From assembly GCF_009914755.1 (NCBI RefSeq), contig NC_060936.1: a stretch of DNA of 64,000 nt; one strand, given 5' to 3'. This stretch comes from the human T2T-CHM13v2.0 reference genome, Homo sapiens. Positions 1 to 20,986 of the stretch are shown piece after piece. Position numbers and translations under genes: made by a program. The notes under the pieces are model-generated. The model saw only the letters and a list, made by a program, of their open reading frames with translations. It was not told the DNA's origin and did no database searches. The stretch's first letter is position 1; each line of letters starts with the position of its first letter.

Positions 1-397
1 GGATTGGTAGGGCTGTGTTCCTTTGTATTATAGAATGGGACATTCTTCTTCTACCTACTCTGATGTGAGAAAAGATTCTTTTCATATCTCTGTGACTGAT
101 CTAGGCCTTCTGAGAATTCTCCCCAGCAACTTCTGAGGAGAATACAGCAAAGTATAGAAGAAAGAGCATGGGCTTTGAAGTCACCGACATGGGTTTGATT
201 CTGGCTCTGTCACTGGTTCCTCACTGTGTGAGGTTGGGCTAGTCACAATCACAATCTTTGAGCCTCAGTTCCCTCACCTATATAATGAGGGTAATAATGC
301 TTACCATTCAGGGTTGGTTGTAAATATTAAATGAAATCATGTATGTGAAGGGCTTGATATAAAGAAGGTATTCAATAAATTCATACTTCAATGTTAT

Positions 398-673
398 TTC
401 TTTTTTCTTTTTTTTTTTTTGAGACAGAGTCTTACTCTGTCACCCAGGCTGGAGTGCAGTGGCATGATCTCGGCTCACTGCAACCTCTGCCTCCCAGGTT
501 CAAGTGATTTGCTTGCCTCAGCCTCCTGAGTAGCTGGGATTACAGGCACGTGCCACCACGCCTGGCTGGGTTTCACCATGTTGGCTAGGCTGGTCTTGAA
601 CTCCTGACCTTGTGGTCCATCCACCTAGGCCTCCCAAAGTGCTGGAATTATAGGCATGAGCCACCATGCCCCG
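398..673 (-). mobile_element. Alu with internal deletion of the A-rich linker
   Basis: Alu consensus, polyT at left end. Confidence 0.9.
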
Positions 674-1187
674 CTCCATTTCTTTATGTTCCTTTGTAAG
701 GCTCCGTGGAATGTGTGTGTTCACAAATATCCTTTAGGGATCATGAAGGGTAAACTGTGTGATCTCCTGGATTGGGGCTTGTAGGTACATCCGAATTTTC
801 TGCCCTCTACAGAGATGAAAGAGATTATACTTCGAGCAGAATCTGCCTCCCTTTTAGATAGCTAAGGTAGCCCATGGGGCATGCCAGCAATGTCTTGTGG
901 TATCTGTACCTCTTGGCCCAAAGGCTTAGGGTTGGGCCGCTTGCTCAGTTCTCTGACAAGCAGAATAGTATTCCTTTGTGACTCTGTTCTCCAAGTTGGA
1001 GACTCTGATGGTTTCCTTCTAACAGGTTTCATTGAAAACAGATCCTGCAAAAGTTCCAGGTGCCCACACTGGAAACTTGGAGATCCTGCTTCCCAGACCA
1101 CAGCTGTGGGGAACTTGGGGTGGAGCAGAGAAGTTTCTGTATTCAGCTGCCCAGGCAGAGGAGAATGGGGTCTCCACAGCCTGAAGA

Positions 1188-8946
<7,759 letters not shown>

Positions 8947-9758
8947 AACCTGCGATCAAGAGAGCACCATGGCTCCTACATTGGACCTTGGAGCACCCCC
9001 ACCCTCCCCCCACCGTGCCCTTGGCCTGCCACCCAGAGCCAAGAGGGTGCTGCTCAGTTGCAGGGCCTCCGCAGCTGGACAGAGAGTGGGGGAGGGAGGG
9101 ACAGACAGAAGGCCAAGGCCCGATGTGGTGTGCAGAGGTGGGGAGGTGGCGAGGATGGGGACAGAAAGCGCACAGAATCTTGGACCAGGTCTCTCTTCCT
9201 TGTCCCCCCTGCTTTTCTCCTCCCCCATGCCCAACCCCTGTGGCCGCCGCCCCTCCCCTGCCCCGTTGGTGTGATTATTTCATCTGTTAGATGTGGCTGT
9301 TTTGCGTAGCATCGTGTGCCACCCCTGCCCCTCCCCGATCCCTGTGTGCGCGCCCCCTCTGCAATGTATGCCCCTTGCCCCTTCCCCACACTAATAATTT
9401 ATATATATAAATATCTATATGACGCTCTTAAAAAAACATCCCAACCAAAACCAACCAAACAAAAACATCCTCACAACTCCCCAGGAACATGGCTGTGACT
9501 ATTCTTTGCGGGATATGGGGGTGAGGCTGGGTCTCAGTGCAGCGGTGCTTAGAGAGAACTGCAGCCAGGGCCTGGCAGGGAAGCGGGAAGAGACCAGACC
9601 TTCTTAAGGAACGGGGTGTGGGGGCTGGGAAGAATTGGAGAGGGGATCCCTGAAGAGCCCAGAGCCTTGACTCAGCTGGAGGCGGTACCATGGGTGCTGG
9701 TGCCCCCTCCTGCCCCAAGGCTGGGCAGGACCGCTGCGCGCCAGTGGAGGCCTCGGTC

Positions 9759-10490
<732 letters not shown>

Positions 10491-10757
10491 TTATGAAGCG
10501 GGGGTGGGGTGGGCTAGTTTTAATAGGTCCAGGCGATTAGTACCTGGCATCCTTAACCACCTACAGTTTGAGAAGGGAGTGGGTGATAAAAGCCTGGAAG
10601 GGAAGGGAAATCGGGCCGGGCATTAGGCTCCATCGCTCATCAATAGACAAGGCCTTTAGGAAACTGCGACAACGGCTTTTGCTCTGGGCCTTTACTGCCG
10701 AATCCAGGTCTCCGGGCTTAACAACAACGAAGGGGCTGTGACTGGCTGCTTTCTCAA

Positions 10758-10940
10758 CCAATCAGCACCGAACTCATTTGCATGGGCTGAGAACAAATGT
10801 TCGCGAACTCTAGAAATGAATGACTTAAGTAAGTTCCTTAGAATATTATTTTTCCTACTGAAAGTTACCACATGCGTCGTTGTTTATACAGTAATAGGAA
10901 CAAGAAAAAAGTCACCTAAGCTCACCCTCATCAATTGTGG
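10758..10940 (+). promoter_or_regulatory. U7 snRNA Pol II promoter: CCAAT 10758-10762, DSE octamer ATTTGCAT 10776-10783, PSE 10922-10940
   Basis: Octamer about 200 nt upstream and TCACCCTCATCAATTGTGG about 60 nt upstream of U7 +1, the standard snRNA promoter layout. Confidence 0.88.
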
Positions 10941-10981
10941 AGTTCCTTTATATCCCATCTTCTCTCCAAACACATACGCAG

Positions 10982-11044
10982 CAGTGTTACAGCTCTTTTA
11001 GAATTTGTCTAGTAGGCTTTCTGGTTTTTTACCGGAAAGCCCCT
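10982..11044 (+). ncRNA. RNU7-1: U7 small nuclear RNA (63 nt)
   Basis: 5' HDE-pairing region CAGTGTTACAGCTCTTTT, U7-specific Sm site AATTTGTCTAG (11002-11012), 3' hairpin GGCTTTCTGG...CCGGAAAGCC, intact promoter and 3' box. Confidence 0.98.
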
Positions 11045-11052
11045 CTTATGAT

Positions 11053-11071
11053 GTTTGTTGCCAATGATAGA
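11053..11071 (+). terminator. snRNA 3' box
   Basis: GTTTGTTGCCAATGATAGA, 9 nt after the U7 3' end; resembles GTTTN(1-4)AANARNAGA. Confidence 0.75.
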
Positions 11072-11287
11072 TTGTTTTCACTGTGCAGAAATTATGGGTA
11101 GTTTTGGTGGTCTTGATGCAGTTGTAAGCTTGGGGTATGAAGGTTTGGGCCCCGCCTGGGCGCTTCCGGCTGCGCCGGATGCTGTTTCCTTTCCGCTCCC
11201 AGGGGCGTTGGGAACGGTTGTAGGACGTGGCTCTTTATTCGTGAGTTTTCCATTTACCTCCGCTGAACCTAGAGCTTCAGACGCCCT

Positions 11288-13088
11288 ATGGCGTCCGCCT
11301 CGACCCAACCGGCGGCCTTGAGCGCTGAGCAAGCAAAGGGTGAGAATCGTCCTAGTCAAGGCATGGGCTGCTGGCCTGGGGTAGTCAAGGCATGGGCTGC
11401 TGGTCTGGGGAGGATGCGGGCGGAGGATGTGGGGCGACAAACCTGGCTACGTCCGCCGGGAAAATGGGGTAGGGGACGCCGGGTACCGTCCTTCTAAGTG
11501 GGGCGCTTGCCCCCAAGACTTGGGATCTTATTGGGTTACCTACAGCCTCAATCCACTAATTCCTTGCGCTCTCCGCTGGGCCCGCTGTCTGTTCTCCGAC
11601 GCCTACCCGGGACGCCTCCCTGGGATGCTTCTGGCGCGCAGTGGTCCTCGCGGAGGTGATCCAGGCGTTCTCCGCCCCGGAGAATGCAGTGCGCATGGAC
11701 GAGGCTCGGGATAACGCCTGCAACGACATGGGTAAGATGCTGCAATTCGTGCTGCCCGTGGCCACGCAGATCCAGCAGGAGGTTATCAAAGCCTATGGCT
11801 TCAGCTGCGACGGGGAAGGTGGGTCAGACGCGGGAAGGCGGGTCAGACGCGGGAAGGCGGGAGTTGGGTCGGGAGAGGGCGCCGGATCTGTGGGCCCATG
11901 AGCGGTTGTCCCCTTTCTCGCCACACGGCGGCAGCCACAATCTGACTAACATTCTTGGCACTCAGAGCCCAGGGTCTACCCTGAGCTTGTGCGTCCGAGT
12001 TGCGTTTTGTACAGTAGAGGTTCTGTATCCCTTACCCGAAATGGTTGGGACCGGAAGTGTTTCGGGTTTTTTCAGATTTCGGAATATTTACATATACATG
12101 GATATCTTGGGGGATGGGACCTAAATCTGAACACGAAATTGTTTTGTTTCATATACACGCACCTTATGCACATAGCCTGAGGGTAATTTTATATAATAGT
12201 CTGAATAATTTTGTGCATGAGACAAAGTTTTGACTGCGTTTTGACTACAGTCTCCCCCACCCCCCACTATGAAGTCAGGTGTGGAATTTTCCATTTTCGG
12301 CCTCACACTGGCACTCATAATTTCAGATTTTGGATTTTCTAATTAAGGATGGCCAACCTGTACTGTTAATCACATTATTATTCCATTTTGTGATGAGGAA
12401 GCAAACTCTAATGGTGCAGACTCTCGAGTAGCAGAGCTGGACTTAAATGCTGTTGTGCCACCTTTTAGTGACATGTCTGCATGACAGCAGTGGCTGCAGT
12501 CTCTCCAGGGTGTTTCAGCTAATTTTTGTTTGGGGGGGGTTGGTGGTTAAATTTTTGGTGAGATCCTGGTGTTCCCCAAAGGTGTTGACTGATTCAGCTC
12601 TGCTGCCTCATAGCCTTCCTGAGTTCCAGCTACAGACCTGGGGTCTCGTGTTCATTCTTGGGGTTCCAGTGACTAAACTGCTAAAATGGTTCACCTGAGA
12701 GCAAGAAGCACACTGCCTTGGGACATTTTCATTCACTGCATCCCATCTAGTTGTGCCCAGTGTAGACCAAATGTCATCATCCAAACCACACGGGACAGAG
12801 GCCTGCATGCGTCCTGTTTGGCAAACAGCTGCCCAGCCAGTGGGGGAGCAGTTCATGCTTAAACTACCACCCCCTCCAGGTGTCTTAGGCACGCTGGTCC
12901 TTAGGAGAAGGGTTGACCTTCCACTCCCTCTTGCAGGTGTCCTTAAGTTTGCTCGCTTGGTCAAGTCCTACGAAGCCCAGGATCCTGAGATCGCCAGCCT
13001 GTCAGGCAAGCTGAAGGCGCTGTTTCTGCCGCCCATGACCCTGCCACCCCATGGGCCTGCTGCTGGTGGCAGCGTGGCCGCCTCCTGA
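11288..13088 (+). CDS. C12orf57: Protein C10 (GRCC10, Temtamy syndrome gene), 126 aa
   Basis: Exons 11288-11339, 11642-11818, 12937-13088 = 381 nt; MASASTQPAALSAEQAKVVLAEVIQ...GGSVAAS*; AATAAA at 13148-13153. Confidence 0.97.
12017..12362 (+). mobile_element. Tigger4b/MER46-like DNA transposon fossil
   Basis: Resembles the recalled consensus (TATCCCTTACCCGAAAT...GGGACC...GATGGCCAACCTG) with terminal inverted repeats; subfamily unverified. Confidence 0.7.
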
Positions 13089-13427
13089 GAGTTGGCCCTC
13101 CCTTGTGCCACTGCCAGGGGAGGAAAGGCCTTGATGTTCCAGACAATAATAAATGCGCCTGTGACTTAGCCTTGGTGTCAGTCTCTTGCGGACCTGACAA
13201 CCCCCATCTCTCCTTCCCTGATTCCCTCTGCCTTTCCAGGCCCCATCCCCCTGAACAGCTCCTCCCTATGGTCCTGGCTGGGCCTAACCCTGCCCCAGGG
13301 CCTAACCCTACCTGAGGCTCCTCCCCTTCCCCCGGGGCAGGTTGAGAGGCTGGAGTGGGTCCCTCAGCGCCCTGGGTGGGTGAGCCTGCACAGGGGGTAC
13401 CTCCTTCTCTGAGGAACTGGGCTGTTA

Positions 13428-13905
13428 GGGATTTTCCTTAGGCCCTTTGGTTTCCGCCTACGGAGAGGTTTCCCCCATTGGTTGCTCTTCCTCAGCCAGG
13501 GTTACTTCCTGGTCTGTTCCCCTACCCAATACCCCGCCGCTCTGTCAGCTTGAGCTCCAGGTGGAGCTCCAGGTGGCTCCTCCTCTCCCGGGGGAAGGCG
13601 GCCCTGGACCAGCAGGCGGGCCTGCTGTACTCCCGCTTTGGGGCTGCAGGGAAGCTGGCCGCTGTGGGCGGTCTCGGGCCAGCCCCGCCCCACCTGTCCT
13701 TTTCCTGGAGACTATTAGTCCAGGGTTTGTCCCTGCAGTGCCATTGGCCTGGCAGGCAGGATCGAGGAGGAAGTGGCTGATTACTGAGCGGTTCTTCCTC
13801 ACCTGGCTTGGGCCACTGTGCACAGCTGTGCCGCTGGCTCAGCCCCGCCCCCTGCGGCCCTCCGCCGTGGCTTCCCCCTCCCTACAGAGAGATGCTGTCC
13901 CGTGG
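13428..13905 (+). promoter_or_regulatory. PTPN6: PTPN6 promoter 1 (epithelial) and alternative first exon encoding MLSRG (CDS 13892-13905)
   Basis: NF-kB site GGGATTTTCC 13428-13437; 12-bp direct repeat GAGCTCCAGGTG x2 at 13552-13575; GC boxes; ATGCTGTCCCGTGG|gtaagt. Splicing to 21083 gives the 597-aa isoform. Confidence 0.9.
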
Positions 13906-14349
13906 GTAAGTCCCGGGCACCATCGGGGTCCCAGTCTCCTGTTAGTTTTGGAGGGAGGGAGGGCTTTGTTGATGCTCACTCCGACGTGTGTGAACGTGAG
14001 TGCGATCTGCCGCTGCCCTGCGCCTGTTTCCGGTCCCTATGAACTTCCCCTTCCCGCAAGGTGTGAGGACCCCCGGCTCACTCATGCTCCTCTGCCCCCT
14101 CTTTAACATTTTCCCCTGGACAAGTGTGTATCTGTTCTCTCCATTGCATTTCTACTTCCAGCCTCTGGGCTCCTGCTTCTGCCTCCTGCTTAGGACCTGT
14201 CCCCCTGGGTAGCTCACAACACCTCAAACATAGCAGTCAGAGGCCACCCGCGAAGGCCCTCCCACGTCCAGCCAACTTCTCCGCACTTCCCAACATCAGA
14301 CTTTGGTCCCATCTTCTTTGTTTCCTTTCACTTCCCTTTCCCCTGCATC

Positions 14350-16127
<1,778 letters not shown>

Positions 16128-16985
16128 GAAAAGAAAAAGTGACAACCTGCTTACAGAGTACTGGCGAGTTTGTGGGTGGGTGGCTCCCTAGCCCTGCTGA
16201 TTCTTGCTTCTCACACTCATGTCTGCCCCTGCCCCAGTGCACATCTTGTCACTGTCGGCCCCACCGATGGGGTTCCTACTGAGTCTTCTGGTCCCTGATC
16301 CCGTCTGTGGTCATTTTCCTGCCAGGTAGCTTGGCCAGGCCTCCCCTGGTGCAGATTTCATCCTTGGTTTCTCAGCCTGGCCTTGAATGACCCTCTACAG
16401 CAGGGTCCCCACCTCTCAGAACAACTTTGCTCCAGCCACATGGCTTGCTCACGGCCAGGCACTGCCCATGTGGACTCTGTGCGTGCCACCTCTTTGCCCT
16501 GACCCATGTTGCCTCTGGGGGAGCACTTCTTCCTCCACCTTCCATCATGGGCTGTGGCAGTGCCCATCCCATCTGCCCCCGACGCTGTCTGCTGCAGTAT
16601 GGTTGTTGGGGGAAAGGGCACCAGGCTCCGGCGTCTGACAGCCGTGTTTTACCCACCTTCCTACTCACTAGCTTGTGACCTTGGGCAATTACTTAACATC
16701 TCTGAGTCTTAGTTTCTGTTTCTAAAATTGGGTGAATAACACCTACTAAGTAGGGTTGGCCTGAGGATTAATAGTATAATGTAAAAGCTGGCAGCACTGA
16801 AACCCTGCCACTTACCAGCTTTTCACATCAGTATTTGGGAAATATTGTTAAGCTCATTTGTCAGGCGGGGATTCTGAGGCTCAGAGCAGTTCCAGAACTT
16901 TCTACAGATTATTTTGCCTTGTTTGCGCTTCCAGACTGCCTATCTTCTTGTATCACCATTGATCTTGATCTGTATGGTTTTTAAT

Positions 16986-18148
<1,163 letters not shown>

Positions 18149-19231
18149 TTGATCTCTACTTTTATCTTCCTGCTTCCAAGGAAATATTTTTTTCTTCTGA
18201 ATTATCAGGCATTTACTCTTGTAATTCTTAGTCTCCCTACGCTTGTTTCCTCCCATAAGAAAATGGGGAAAATTATTCCTACATCACAGGGCTGTCTGAG
18301 GCCTAAATGAGATCGTGTATGTGAAAGTGATCTGCAAACCCCACACCATGCCAAGGTAAGGGAGGTAGTTTTTTATTTTCCTGCCAAAGGATAGCAGAAG
18401 CTGTACCTCTTGTCTGAGTTCTGTCTCTTGGCTTGACACCCTTCAGAGGAATTCCTGCCTCTTCCATGGGTCAGGAAGAGGTGCCTAGTTAGTTTCTTCT
18501 GGGTGCCGAGTTAATTCCTTCCCACCAAGTGGGTTTAAGCCCTGGAAGGAGTGTCTTGGGGCCAGGGTGCAGTGGGCGTTTGGTGCTGAGCATGGACCTG
18601 AAACTTCGTGTGTGGTCAGATTTATGTTCCATGCGTGGGGATGTGCACCGGACCAGGTATGTGTGTAGGTGGACATGGATGATGAGGTGTGTGTGCTGTG
18701 ACTGTGTGTGCACCCTTGCCTGCGTATGACAAGCAGGCTGTGTGTGTAGGACCAGGAAGCTGTACTTGTGGCCAGGTATGTGGCTATGGACTGACGAGCT
18801 TGTTTGTTGAACACTTGCTCAGTGCCAGGCATCGCACTGGACTCTGAACACTCCGAGATGAGCGAGAGCGCCAGCGGGTGTCCCGCGCTGCAGCCAGCTT
18901 TGCATGTGCTCTTCTTGCTCCTTGGCGTTGGGCGTGGGGGTTCCGCGGATTTCCGGGGCTCTGGGGTGGTGTCCAAGCTGAAGGGGTAGTCAAAGCTGGA
19001 CCATGCAATAAACCCACCAGGCAGATTCCCCAGGGCACCAGTGAGAGAAGAAAACCAGAAACAAATAGAACAAAAAGAAAGAAAGAAAAGTGGAAAAGCC
19101 TTTTTTGGGGGAAAACATTGATGTTTGATGTTTCTAAAAATGATAATGTAGTTATCATGGGAAAATTAGACTTGTTGGGCTTAAAACTTTTTCTTCTTTT
19201 ACCTGAAGCAGAACATGCATAATGTTCATAA

Positions 19232-19554
<323 letters not shown>

Positions 19555-20229
19555 AACTTCACGTTTATACACACCCATGCAAACAGCATCCAGATAGAGA
19601 CAAAGAGCCTTCCCTGTACCCTAAAAGTTTCCCAGAAATTGTTCCCAGTTAGCATATTTATTTTTATAAAGGTAATGCATGCCCATCATATAACATTCAA
19701 AAAGGTATGTAGAGAACCAAGTGTCTCCCCCAGCCCTGTCCTCCAGCCACCCAGTTTCCCTCCCTAGGGGAAGCCACCAATATGTGTTTCTTATGTATCC
19801 CCTGTTGAGCTGCTTTTCCTCGTTTTGGTTTGGCGGTGTTGATGTTTGTATTTGGAATTACAGGTAGGCAGCATCATATACCTTAGTGTTTAGGGCCTCT
19901 AAGATCAACCAGCCCTGAGAAAATCAGCCATGGTGAGGACCTTGTCCCCCAGCCCCCAGGAGATAGGCCCCCTGGTGGGAGTGCTGGGGCAGGGCAGAGG
20001 CCTAGGGACAAGAATTAGAAAGGACCCATGTTGACAGGGCTGCTCAGGGTCATGTTGTCCATCCCTCTGCCACAGTGGCATGGACAAACTGCATATGTTG
20101 GTTAGAGGAGGGCACCCTTCTCTCTTGCAAGCATTGGCAAGGTCTTAACTATTAGTCTCCTGCTCCCATGGCAGCCCCTTTGGACAAGGAGGCTCTTAAT
20201 CTCTGTTCTTTGAAGCCCTGAGGGCTGGT

Positions 20230-20450
20230 GTATAGGAGTTCAAAGCACTGGCTTTGGAACCGGACTGTCTGGGTTTGAATCCTGGCACTGCAGCTGACTC
20301 ACTGATGGACTCAGGCAATGCCTTAAACTCCCTGAGCCTCAGGTTCCTTGTCTGTAAAATGATAAAGATAGCCCCTGTTTCATAGGGCTGTGGTGAGAAA
20401 CCAATCAGACAAGGCATGTGAACGCCATTATAGCACAGCGCCCGGCATCC
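20230..20450 (+). mobile_element. MIR (similar fragments at about 140-380, 16670-16800, 24050-24190, 28260-28400, 31080-31265)
   Basis: MIR core: CCTGAGCCTCAGGTTCCTTGTCTGTAAAATG. Confidence 0.7.
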
Positions 20451-20699
20451 AGCAGGACTCACTCGATGACAGTTGTCACCGCCATCATTGTTATTAGCGT
20501 GGGCCAGGGAGGGCTGCGTAAAAGCAGCTGGTGGAGGAGGGAGAGATGCCGTGGGACCGTCTGGGTTCGCATGCGTGAAGTATTATCTGGGCCTGGAGTG
20601 TGCAAGGCACACATGTGTCCTTACTGCATGTGTTGTCACATATGTGCAATGCCATGCTCCTGAGCCTTTGATTGCAGACGTGTGGGAAGTGGGCCCCGT

Positions 20700-20986
20700 C
20701 CCCACCCCCAGTGCCACCCTGCTCTGCTTCTCTTCCCTTGCTGTGCTCTAAAACGAGAAGTACAAGTGAGTTCCCCCAAGGGGTCGGCCGCGCCTCTTCC
20801 TGTCCCCGCCCTGCCGGCTGCCCCAGGCCAGTGGAGTGGCAGCCCCAGAACTGGGACCACCGGGGGTGGTGAGGCGGCCCGGCACTGGGAGCTGCATCTG
20901 AGGCTTAGTCCCTGAGCTCTCTGCCTGCCCAGACTAGCTGCACCTCCTCATTCCCTGCGCCCCCTTCCTCTCCGGAAGCCCCCAGG
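20700..20986 (+). promoter_or_regulatory. PTPN6: PTPN6 promoter 2 (haematopoietic) and 5' UTR
   Basis: GC-rich and TATA-less, with ETS cores (CTTCCT, CCGGAAG) and a GC box just upstream of ATGGTGAG|gtaagg. Confidence 0.75.

Noticed and set aside
13280-13310. CCTAACCCT x2, telomere-like
   Set aside because: Two isolated units in a short duplication; not an interstitial telomeric array.
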